Shown here: positions 1 through 12,500 of the stretch, piece by piece
Position numbering within the stretch: the stretch's first letter is position 1
Layout: the number at the start of each line of letters is the position of its first letter
Assembly: GCA_965113315.1 (NCBI GenBank)
Contig: OZ220369.1
Direction: 5' to 3' (one strand)
Length of the DNA: 64,000 nucleotides
From: Podarcis vaucheri
Lineage: Eukaryota
Notes under the pieces: model-generated
What the model was told of the DNA's origin: nothing
Databases searched by the model: none
The model's input: only the letters and a program-made list of their open reading frames with translations
Position numbers and translations under genes: made by a program

Positions 1-586
1 TGCAGCAGCAGAAGGGTCACTGGGGGGAGAAGGGGGGAGGGACAGAGGGGAGGAGGTTCCCCCTCCCGGGAGTCCTCAGCACCACCTGCCATATTAACTA
101 AGCACCCAACACCCAAGCTCCAGAGGAAGCTGGCTGTCAAACGCATCCCATGGGGCACCCCCCCCAAAGTGCTAAAGGGTCCTGCAATCCCACTCCTCTG
201 GCTTACACCAGCCATAATCCTTGTCCCAGCCCTTTCACCCCTGGACTGTATAAGCTCAGCTGATAAGGAAAGATGTCACCATGGGGTTAGGTGCCCAGGA
301 AAGACCTACAGAAAGGAGGCCCAAGATTTGATTTGATTTTTTGCAAGGCTGGGGATGTGAATGTGGAAGATGCAGCATTTGCTTGTGCAGCACAGTGTCT
401 GGCCAGCTTCAGAGCTAGCCAAGGTTGCTGGGATTCTGGGTTGGACTAGATGACCCTTGGGGTGCCCTTCCAACTCTATGATTCTGTGGAAGAGAAGGAG
501 AGGGTGGCAAAACGGAGGGAGCCAGAGTGACGGGAGCCCTCCCCAGGCTCTCACACCAGCTGGGCTTGCGGGAGGCGGATGCCTAC

Positions 587-3500
587 CCCAATGTCAAAGA
601 TGGCACTGACTGGCTTGTGGTCGCTGCCCCTCAAGGCCATGTGGCTCCGGTAGCTCAGCTGAGAGATATTCTTCCCTCTCCACAGGATCCGGTCACACCA
701 GGCTGGCGTGCGGCATTTCTCACTGCATGGGAGGCAAAGCAAGGAGAAGAACGGTCATTTCGGTCACCAGACTTGGCTCCGTCCATTCTGCTGTTGCTCT
801 GTCAGGAGGAGAGCACATGAAGACTGTGGAAACAGCAGACAGCGTCTGCAATACCCTGAGAGATGGGAGACCTCAGTCACTCCATACCCAAAATGAAAGG
901 AGTCCCTGCCAGAAGAAAACTAGCATATCAGACATGCTGGTTCCAGCTTAGTCCTCTCCTCAATACGCTATTTTTCTATGGAGTGGTGATCTATTGTGTG
1001 GAGGAACGTTTTGCTCTGGGTGTACCAGCTGTTTTCAACCCAAGAACAAAGCCTTGCCATCTTCTGAGATGTAGGAGTCACTGACAGCCCACAATTGAAG
1101 TCTGCAGGGACGGTTTCTAGAGATGTCCTAGGAATGGGGGTCCGCATTGCCCCATTAGCTTCCCCATACCCCACATGGATGTTGCTGTTCTATTAATTCT
1201 GCTGCTCTGGAAAGTGTGAGTGGACTGGCCCCAGGCTTAAGAGCCACATGGGATGAGCTTGGAAAGAGAACAGTGCACCCCACTGGAAACCTCCCAAAAG
1301 GGAATTATGTAACTGCCAAATAAAATTACAAGGCTGCTGTAAACTACATCAGGAGAGGTTAGCTTCCTAAGTCCAGGGACATTGTTGTTGTTGTTTAATT
1401 TATTACCCACCCTTCACTCCAAGATCTCAGTGCGGACTGCAACAATTTAAAATACAACATTAAAAACTTTTTTAAAAAAAACCAACTTAGTTTAAAAATG
1501 CAACCACAAAAAATAACATCTCATAAAAATAACAGTAACATGTAATAAAAAGTAACCAAAAGTTCATAGTTGCTTATTTTTAGATCTGCAGTCTTTCTGC
1601 ACTAGAAATCTCCAAGGCCTCTTTCTAAACAGAGATGACTTTTCCCATGTCGTGGGATACATCCAGTAAAATACACCCTTTCATGCCATTTTAAAGTCCA
1701 ACTACAGTGGTACCTTGCGTTAAGAACTTAATTCGTTCTGGAGGTCTGTTCTTAACCTGAAACTGTTCTTAACCTGAAGTACAACTTTAGCTAATGGGGC
1801 CTCCAGCTGCCGTCACACCGCCGGAGCGCGATTTCTGTTCTCATCCTGAAGCAAAGTTCTTAACCTGAGGTACTATTTCTGGGTTAGCGGAGTCTGTAAC
1901 CTGAAGCGTCTGTAACCCGAGGTACCACTGTACTGACCAAAAATGGCAGCTTTCAAAATGCTGGGAAGGGCTGCCACATCCCCTTGCCGGCCTTAAGCCA
2001 AGGGGAACATTTTGCTTTTGCTTCCCCCAGTTTGTAAGCCCTCTGAGGTGGGGCCATCACTAGCTTGTGTATTTCAGGGGGGTTTTCTCCAAAGCAGCAT
2101 TCTAAGAGCTATTAACTGGGTTAAAAAACAAAAAACAAAACAGAAGCTCACAGGTTAAAATGGCTTTGCATGCGTGTGGTTTTTTTGGTCTAGTCTTGTG
2201 CAGATGCTACAGAGAAGCATCTGCACAAGAGAAGCCTCTGGCTGTTCTGGACCATCACCACTTCCCTGTTAGAGTTGGCGACATGCAAAGAACAGAGCGC
2301 CCAAAATGGCTGTGGTGCTCCTGACAAGCCTACCTGGTGTCCCAGTCATCAGACCCAGTGTTGTATTTGTACGTTGGCTGGAAGGAAATCTCTCCCTCCA
2401 GGAAGCCTTCAAAGACCGCCTTGGCCTCCATCTGCTTTTTCAGCTGAGAAGGAAAGAGAGCGGAGAGGTGAAACTGAGCAGCAAAGCATCTTTTGAACCC
2501 AAGCCTCCCTCGGGATTGTCCACGCCTCCCTTCCTGCTTTCTTGCAGCAAATCCTGCCTCCTGATACAGGCCAACCACGTCCATTAGAACTCCTGACTTA
2601 GTAGAGCAAAATAGTTGATTGGTTATGCTACATTGTCTTAAGGCTCCTTTGGAACTCACCAGGACTGTTTTCAGTCTTGATGGAATAACAGTCCAGTTGT
2701 GTTTTGTTAAATTTGCTTACAAATTTCTCAAAAATTGAATGAAAACATTTATTCAAAGGAGAAGTAAAGGGACTCTTGTAGCTGAAAGATTCCCCAGCCA
2801 TTCCTAGCCACTTTCTGGAACCAGCTGCAGCAACAGAGCAGCATTCCCCAACACCTGCCCTGGCCCCATGAATGCCGCAAGAGCTCTGCACTCTCTCTTT
2901 GGAAGGTTGACCCTTGTTGGAAGGCAGATCTCGCCTGCCTACCGAAAGCTCCCTCACATACTTGGTCATGCTGATAAAGGGTGGCGAAATCGTGGGCCTC
3001 CACCAGCTTCTTCACCCGCTCCACGTCCTGCTCCTCCAGCCTGTAGTTCAAGTCTCCCAGCCACAAGACCACACTGCAAGGGAGGCGCTGGTGTAAGGAA
3101 ATGGCTCCAGCACCCTTGAGGCTCTTCATAGCTCCCATTCCCAGCCACGTAGCCCCAAGATGCACAGTGTCAACCCAGCAAATGAAGAGATGTTCCCAGC
3201 TCCTTGCCCACCCACAACCTTCCTAGTTCCTCCTACTAACTTGGAAGCAAATCAGTGACCACCAGAAGGTCTGGGAAATAGATGATCCTTCACACAAGTC
3301 CTAGACTTGAAGCCACCTCACATAGCTAGGAGGCGGAAGACAGGCAGCAGACTACAGTGCTGGCAAAGAGAGCTGCTTTGAGACTGGTGGTGATTTCCCC
3401 AAATAAATATGCAGTCCTCCAGTTGGATTCCAAATCCCAATAGTACAGCCAAGGCCAGGGATGATGAGAACTGTAGTCCAGAGGACTCCCATCACTGTCT

Positions 3501-6500
3501 TGGCTGATGAAATAAGCAGCACAACCAAACTATAGATTACACAGCAGATACATGCAATTGTCTCCTGGGAGAGGCTTTTTCCAAAAGCAAATGAAAAGCA
3601 ACTATAGAAGTCTATGAGCACAAGGAGGGAGAGCTGCTGTTGCTGAATTCCTTTCCTTCCAGCTGTTTCTCCATCCAAAATGCCCTCCTTCATGGGAGAA
3701 AGACACCATGGAAGATGGGGTGGGGTTGTACTTTGAAAGGGAAAACGCCAGGAAGGAATGGGGTTAAGCAGCCACTCCCCAAACTGCTTTTCATTTTTTA
3801 AAAAGAAAGAAATGGTAGGTAATAGAATCAAATTTACGTGAAGCCAAACAAATATTAAAAAATTAGGGAAATGGGGCGAGGTGGGGGGTGAAGAGAAACA
3901 AGGCCCTGAGGAGACATACCATAAGAAGACAACAAAAAACACAGTTCAGATGGGTGGGGTACAAATAATAAAATTATTATTATTATTCCCCAACCCATAA
4001 AGCCAAGTTTCCATATTTGCTCCACAAGGCTGGATCCTTTCCCACTTGCTTCCCTCCCCCTGCCCCCACTTACTCGTGCTTGCCAATGGTGAGGGGTGGG
4101 AGGCCGGGCTCTGGCGGGCAGAACTGCATGCGTCCACAGATATCACGGAAGTCCTGGTTCCGCCGCTCGTACTCCTCGGTGTGGGCTGCCAGGTGGGCGT
4201 TCACGAAGCAGACGGTGGTGTTGTGGAACCGGAAGCGGATGGCCACTCCCCCCTTGTTGCCCTTCATTCGCAGCAGAAGAGAAGCCGGGAGAGAGAGAGA
4301 GAAGGTGGCGACTCTATTCCCTGCCTGCTATGGAAGGAGCAGGCAGAAGAGACTCCAAAGCAACCAGCCAAGACCTCTCTGAAGCAAGCAGGAAGGTGCA
4401 AAGAGAGAGCCTACAAAGCAGGGGGTGGCTAACCTTTTGGGGGCCAAGGGGCTAAAAAAAAAAAAAACTATGTAGAAGTGGGCATGGCCAAGTATTAATT
4501 AAAGGAGAAATTTTGGTGACTGACAAAAACTTTTGGGGATCACAGAATCATTGCGGAGGACCCACAGGAGCAGATAGTGCAAAGTCAGAGTGGTTATAGT
4601 GTCAGACTAGGATCCGGGAGAAACCAGGGTTTGAATCCCCGCTCAGCCACGAATTCTACTGGACGACTTTGGGCCAGTCACTGCCTGGCAGCCTCACCTA
4701 CCTCACAGGGCTGTTGTGAAGATAAAATGCAAAGGAAAAGTGTGCGCACCACACTGAACTCTTTGCAAAAGAATGGTATATAAATGCAATAATAGTAACA
4801 GCCTTTAAAAAAAAGTTTTTTAAAAAAAAGTTTGGCAAATTGTGGGGGTGGGGTTGAGTTGGGACCCCTCAAAACCTTTTGAGGGTCCAGATGCAGCCCA
4901 CGTTCTGCAGGGGAGCCTGGTACCCAGGCCAAACAAAGCCCAGAGGCCCCCTCATGTCCCTCTCCTGCAAGAGTAGATGAGATAGATGAGGGGGCACCAC
5001 CCTACAAGGCTCTCACAGAGAGAGGTCTGGGTGGCCCCAGAATGGCAACAGCAGACCCTTCCCCTGATGAATACTCACCATCCTCCCCATGATGCCCGTG
5101 CCAACCGTCTCGGCCTCCACCTCAGAAACATGCACAGCGAGCTCAGTCCTGACGTAGAATAGCATCAGGATCCCAACAAGCCGGATAAGCTTTACCTGCA
5201 TGTTAACCAGGGAAGCAAAGACACAAAGGCTATAGAATAACAGGTCTGTAGAGAAATGACCTCTTGGGGCCATTTAGTTCACACCCCTGCAATGCAGGAA
5301 TCACAGCTCAGCAATCCCCAAACAGATGGCCATCCAACTTCTGCTTAAAAACCTCCAGTGAAGGAGACTCCACCACCTTACTATCAAAGTCCTTCCTAAT
5401 GTTTAGTCGAAACCTCCTTTGTTGTCATTTGAGTCCACTGGTTCGTGTCCTACCCCCTGGAGCAGCAGAAAACAAAGTTTTCTCCGTGTGACAGCCCTCC
5501 AGATATTTGAAGATGGCTCTTATATCACCTCCCAGTCTCCTCTTCTCCAGGTTAAACATCCTCAACTCCCTCAACTGTTCCTCATCAGGCTTGTTTCCCA
5601 TGCCCTTTATTGGTTGCCCTCTGCTAACGTTCCAGCTTGCCAATATGCCAGGTGTGACCTCACTGGCTGCTGCTCACATTGCCCTGGAAGGAAAATGGAA
5701 GTGCCCGCTCCCCCCCCCCCCGTCCTTGCAGAAGGCCCCTTTTTGCCTTCCCCATCACCTGTGGACTTGGAAAAGGCATGAGCCTCTTTTACAGTCCTTC
5801 ACAGGGAAGCACGTCCCCTTGTCCCCAACCCCTGCCATTAACCTCTTCTGCAGAACATCCCGCCCCCAAACACACACACAGAGGGCTGCATGAAGGGGCA
5901 GAAGAGCCTCAGGGAGAAAGAAGGGGTCACTGGGCCCTCTCAGCAGCTGAAGCCAGCTCACCTTGGCATACTTGGCCTCCGGGTGAAGGCTCTCGGTCAC
6001 AGCTTTGAACCATTCCTCTTCTTTTGGCGTGTCATTGAAGAAAAAGGCCTCTTTGCTCAGGTCAAGCTCCTGGAAGCTGCATTCAAGAGAGCAAACCATG
6101 AGCTAGGGGCATACCCTCCCTCCATGGAGAAGAACCCAAGAAGAACCTGCTGGATCAGCTCAATGGCCCATAGAGTCCAGCATCCTCTTTTCACAGTGGC
6201 CAACCAGATGCCCTCATGGAAAGTCCTCAAGCAAGAATAGAGGACAAGAACAACCCTCTCTCCTCCTGCGGTTTCCAGCAAATGGTATTCAGAAGTACTG
6301 CTGCGTCCGATTGTGGAGGCAGAGCCTAGCCATTCTAAGCTAATAGCCATCCATGAATTTGTCCAATCCTCTTTTAAAGCAGTCTAGGTTGGTGGCCAAC
6401 ACTGCCTCCTGTGGCCACGAGGCACTGCAGGAGCAAGAGACCTCCTCTACCTAGTGAAGCAGAAAGATGAAGGGTCAATTAAACCAGATGGCATCCAAGT

Positions 6501-9500
6501 GTTAAGTGCTCACACACGTGTATCCAAGTGGGCAATGCTCATCAAGTGGAGGAGGAGGAGGAGGAGGAGGAGGAGGAAGACGACTAGGGCAGGAGGGCAT
6601 GGCAGGTGCAAATCCCTCCCACCTAGCTCACCAGGTGACCTGAGAGTGAGTCACTGCCTTTCAGGCTCGCCTACCTCACATTGCTGATGTATAGACAGAA
6701 TGAGGAGGGGATGACCCATGCATGTTACTTTCGCTCCTGGAGGAGATAAAAGGTGGACGAGAAACATAACAATAAATGGATAAGAAAAACGTACCCCACA
6801 CAGTAAATGTCTGGGGGCTCAGCATCGTGGCTCAGCCAGGGCTGGAGAGTCTCCTTGGGCGACTGGCCGTTCACATTGTATGTGCCCACGAAAAACCTGT
6901 CAAGAAACACACAAAATCTTGCTCCAGATCTTGCCAACAACCTCTGCCCCACCATCACAGGAGGAGGAGGAACCCCACTGCCATTTCTACACCCAGGCCC
7001 AGCCGCCCTGGCACCCGAATGAGAGCCAGCGTAGTGCAATGATTAATGTGTTGGTCTAGGACCTGGGAAACCGGGGTTTGAATCCCCTCTCAGCTATGAA
7101 GCTGAGCCCTTGGGGGCCAGTCACTGCTTCTCAGCAAACCCTACCTCACAAGGTCGTTGTGGGGGTTAAATGAGGAAGGGGAGAAACACGCACCTATGCC
7201 ACCTTGAGCTCACTGGAGAAAAAGGTGGAATATGAATGCAATAAATAAATAAAATTAGTAGGCAAATAGCCAAGGGGCTTGTGCATTTGTGGTGGAAAAG
7301 GCTCAGGGTCATTCCCCCTGGGGGAAGCGTGAAGCTGCCTTTGCCACACACACACCCGGCATTGCTCTCTCAGAATCACCCTTACTTGAAGCCCTGGAGG
7401 TATGTGTACTCGTCCTCCTTCTGCAGGAGCTGAGACTTGATGATGGTGTCTCTCAGCCCAAAAGTCTGCATGGACAAGCCCCGCATCTCCTCTGACACCA
7501 GCACACTGGAGGACCGGACCATCTCGCTGGTGATGTCATTCTTGGGCTTGTTGGGCCTGGAAATGAGAGGAAAGGGCAGAGGGAGGGAGGAAGATTGGGA
7601 AGGGGGGCAGGGGTTGGTTTATTTCAGGTGTTGTTGCTATCGGCAGAAAGCAAAGCGGAGCCAGGAGCCCCACGCTGGCACAAGGAGGGCCAAGGTGGGG
7701 CTGCAACACCACCCCACATGCCTCCCCCTCACTGCCTTGAGTTAGTGCCAGGAGGAAAAACCCACTTTGTTCTACACTTACAAGTGTTGCATCCTCAGGA
7801 CCACTGCCTCCCTTACAGGTCTGCAAGAGGAAAGGTGAGGACTGCCCCCCCCCCTAGATACAGGGTCTTATCTGGCACTTTGGAGTGGCCCAGCTGTGGG
7901 CCCAATCCAATTTGGGAGCCTTGCACAAGCACACGGTAGGGGTTGTCCTTTGCTTCCAAATTGCTATAGTAGACGTCAGGCAGGTTACTCTTTAAAACAG
8001 TGGTTCCCAAAGTGGTGCCCTCTGAGGGGCTGTGGGATTCCCTGCGTAGGGGGTGCTAAGAGGCGGGGGGGTGAGTGCTGCAGGTGCAAATGACTATCAG
8101 ACTTAGAAAAGTTGGTAACGCTAGATAAAGTTCATTCATTTTGTTGAATTAAACCAATTAGTTCTACAGTGGTACCTCGGGTTAAGTACTTAATTCGTTC
8201 CGGAGGTCCGTTCTTAAACTGAAACTGTTCTTAACCTGAAGCACCACTTTAGCTAATGGGGCCTCCTGCTGCTGCTGCGCCGCCAGAGCACGATTTCTGT
8301 TCTCATCCTGAAGCAAAGTTCTTAACCCAAGGTAATATTTCTGGGTCAGCAGAGTCTGTAACTTGAAGCATATGTAACCCGAGGTACCACTGTAATTGGA
8401 TTATGAATAAATATGCAATTGTTACTGTGTGCTATTATTATGTTATTATCTTCCTTAGTGGGTCATGCAAACCACTATTCTGAATAATGCCTTTTATAGA
8501 ACCAAGGGCCCAGTGGCCAGACAAGGTTTGGGAACCACTGCTATAAAGGGAGAGGGAAGGGATAGTAAAAGAAATTTCAGGGAGGTTCTGCTCCTGTTAA
8601 CTTTTGGAAGTCTGCCTGAGAAAAAGACACCCTCTGAACCGCAATCCAAGCCTGTCAACCCCAGAAGCAAAAGGCACAGAGGCACTCTTGACCCCATTAT
8701 GTTACATGTTTCCAAGGCTGGCTGTGGCTGTCATGTTCAACTTACTTGGGAACGGCAGCAGCAGGACTGGCACCACTTGTGCTGCCCATCTGGTTCATAG
8801 CTGGTGGCTGTTTCCCTTTCTGCTTTGGGTCCTCATTCCCAGCAACTCCTAGAAGCAAAAGGAAGCCCATGAAAGCTGTCTGTCTCTGACCAGTGCCTGG
8901 GAAATCTCAGCCTGCCCAAGGCTGACTCTCAGAGAAGGAGGAGGCTCCTCCTTATCTCGGCTTCACCATTCCTTGGGGTGGGGGGAAGGGCAGGCTGCCA
9001 GAATGCTGCGCTCCTCACAGTTGGTCTCAGGGATGGCCAAGCGGAAAAAGATGAACATAGCAAGAGGGAGAACTTGGGAGGAAAGCGAGCAAGCTGCCTT
9101 TTAGCACAGATCAGAGCCACAGGCCACAATGAGAGCAGAAGAAGCGAGTCCTGTGGGCTAGGGAAGAGGATTCAGCATAGCCAATGGCAGCCTCCCAGAT
9201 CCAAATTCCCGCTCCTGCCTTCTCCAAGGGATTAATGTTCTGGTCCTACACAAACGCCACCTTTTCTCTGCCACCCCTTACTAATCTGAAAAGCAGGCAG
9301 CAGGACAATCACGTGCCCCAAAGAAACAGCAATGTCATCTGTGCTTCACGTTACTGGTTTTTTTAGACTACTTAATTACAAGTGGTCTTTGACTTCACCT
9401 GCAAAAGCACACCCCTCCATCAGCTCCTGAGACAGACAGATGCCAACGGTGTTATTAGCAGATTATCCGAATGCCAACGGTGTTATGAGCAGTTTTTCAC

Positions 9501-12500
9501 ATTACTGTATGTTTCTTCCAGGCCAGAAGTAGAGTATTAAAATCACGGGGTGCAGGCAAAGCTGCCCATTTTGCAACCCTCTCTGCACCAGATAAGCCTG
9601 CCTGAGCAAAGCCAGAAACATCTAAAGTGATTCAGCAGCATGGAGCGGGGGAGGTTGAGTCCACAAATAGCACACGGACACACCAATCACTCACAATCTC
9701 TTACATTCCTAGATACTGAGCTTTTGATGGTGCTGTATTTTTGTTTTAAGTCACATTTCAAAGCTCAAGGAACCAATGGATCCACATACTGGGGAGGGGG
9801 GGGGTCTTCCAGGGTACTGAAAAAGAAGTGCAACCACAGTCACAATTTAGCAAACCTTCAAACTTCAGAAGTTTGAATATTTGAAACTGAGTTCTGATTA
9901 ATGCTTTAGGAACCCTGGACATTTTTAAACAGCAGGTTAAGCTCCCTCCTAAAGCCCAACATCCCAGTGTTCAAAATGAGGAATACTGTCTGTAAAGAAT
10001 TTTCTTTCGGTAGACTACGGGTCAAGTGTTTGTGAGTAAGCTCCACTTTCAACATCTCTATATTCTTTTGGCTGAAACGGCAACATCCGCTCCTCTTGGT
10101 AATCCACTTTCTGCAGGATGACGAAAGGAAGAGGCACTGGGGTGGAGGGAGAGAAACCAGCCGAACTTCTCTGAGGCCAGAAGCAGCCCAACCGCTGCTG
10201 CCCTCGCAGACAAGCCCAGGCCAGGGAAGAGCATCGGATGGGGTGGGGGATTGCACCACCCCCACCCACCAGGAAAGCCTGAAGCCAGCCGTGCCTGGGA
10301 CTGGGGAAAAGAGCCTTGAAATTGCAACATTACAGAGCTTCCTGCCTCCACATGGAGCATCGCCAGGCAGCAGATGGGGGCTGCTTGGGCAGAGAAGGAA
10401 AGTGTTGGAGGGGGGATCCTTTAGCCCTGAAGCCCACCGCGCCCAGAGAGCATTTTCCCCGCAGGCAGAATGGGCTCCCAGCCAGGAACCAGCAGGTGCT
10501 GCTGCTGCTGCAGGAGCAACCAGGGACCCGAGACGAGCGGACGGCTGCCTGCCGCCAAAGGATTTCCTGCCGCCGGGCCAACGGATCTCTCCCGGCTCTC
10601 TCCATCCCTCCAGGCAGGGCAAAAGCCGCTTTGGGTGTGTGGAAAATGCAGCCAAAGTACAAGGGCGAAATCCTCCTCCTCCTCCTTCCTGCCTGCGCGG
10701 AAGAAGCGCCAGCCGAGGAAAAGGCGGGTAGCCCGGAGCAGCAGGAAGAGGGCGCGCCTCGGGGCTGCCCCCGCCCAGCCAGCACCTGCAAGGCTGGCCT
10801 AGGGCTGCAGCGCGCGTCGGGGAAGGGGCCCAGCATCTTCCTTCCCTTAACCGGGCTCTAGTATGGGCGGGACCTGCTGCCGCCTCTCCAGGCGATGCAA
10901 GTGGCGGCGGCCCTGCTTCCCTCACAACGGCCCTGCGAGGTAGGGCACATTCTGGAGAACCCCCCGCTCCACGGAGCTTCCCGCTAGTAGGCTAGCCAGC
11001 CGGCCGGCCGGGCACCACAGGCAACGGCGGGTCATCTTTTCCTCCCGAGTCGCGATCAAGCACCTAGTCCTCAGCGCGCGCCTCTTCCTACCTGCGCGCC
11101 GCCGCCAAGAAGCGCACATCGCCCGGTCTGAATCCCAGGAGCAGCTGCCCACCAGACCACACCCTTCGCTCGGCTCAACCAATCACAGTGGGGTTCGCCT
11201 CTAGAAACGCCCCCGCCCGAGGGTGGAGCGGATCCAGATCAGCCCAGCGGAGCTCAGCAGCGCCCCCACAGGAGGGATGGCAAGATGCGGACTCCCTCGC
11301 CGCGCGCCACCGCGGCTAAAAATACCTTGATTCATCGTTGATGGTCATGACCATCACAATGAGCATTTTCTCGCATTGCAGGCGGACCGGGCCCCTCATG
11401 CTCTGGGAAGCTCCGTGTGCGCTGACGACCCGCCATACATAATACTGGTCGTGCCAGCAGCTCTACTCCCGCGTCTATCCCGCTGGCGGAACATTAAGGG
11501 GCGAGGGGAGAAAGGCTAAAAGAGTCCGATCAAGTGCGCTTGAGCTTCACCGCAGTTGGGAGTGACAAGGCTAAGGTTTTTGGGAAAGTAGGGGTGGGGG
11601 AGAGAGATTGATGGATGTGGGAGAGGAAAGTGGCAGCCCCTTGGACTTCTGGGCAGGAAAGGGGGCAGTCACAAGTTCAAGGTTAAGTTCAATGGGTTAT
11701 TATTAGGATATAAGGCCCTTAACATATTGGGACCAGTTTACCTATGAGATTGCCTTACCTCCTGTTCACCCACTCAACCGCTCCAATCTGCAGAACTGGC
11801 ACTATTACAGATGCCTCATAATAATACCCATTCCACATTTGTAAGAATTCAACATTTTAGTGTGGCAGCACCTACACTCTGGAACTCGCTGCCTATTGAT
11901 ATCAGGCAGGCGCTTTCACCCTACTATTTTCAGCACCTGCTAAAAACATTTCTATTTAGACTAGCCTACCCAGATATTTATGAAGCTAATGTGAGTTTGA
12001 ATCTGTTTTTGTTTATAGTTATTTTTACTTCTATTAAGTCTTAAATTATTGTTAATGCTTCCTATTTATAATATTATCCTGGTTGTTGTTGTTTTTTGTA
12101 AACCGCTTTAAGGTTGTTTGCAATCAAGCAGTGTGTAAATTTTATGGAATTAATAAATTAGGTAGAAGGAGGACCCCATTAATGGAAGGAGGGGGTAGAA
12201 GGACCCACTGTGCTGCACTAGGATATATTTCGGAGGCTCTCTTTCTGGTTTGTCTTTCCACTCATCTACAACAGCACATAGGAAGAGTTGCTGTCTTGTT
12301 GCCATTCTGCCCTAGAGTGACACAGGAGAGGGGGCTTTTGAGTCTGGTGGAGGCCCCATTGCACTAGCTAGCAAGCACCGGATCTGTCCCACCATGACAA
12401 ATGTATCTTGCTCACTTGCTCTCTCCAGGTCATCCTCTCACAGGCAGAGGATTTAATTGTTTATTTTATATTCTGACATACTCCCAGTGCAGGACCCATG

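Noticed and set aside
3352-3942. 196-aa hydrophobic ORF
   Set aside because: Intronic, T-rich, includes a MITE fragment and has no recognisable family features.
9440-9492. Repeat-spacer-repeat pattern as a CRISPR array
   Set aside because: Only two units with a 9-nt spacer, in vertebrate intronic DNA with no cas genes.
9906-10925. 339-aa minus-strand ORF in INPP5B intron
   Set aside because: GC-rich and unrelated to INPP5B; the acceptor near 10110 leads to a stop in the required phase.
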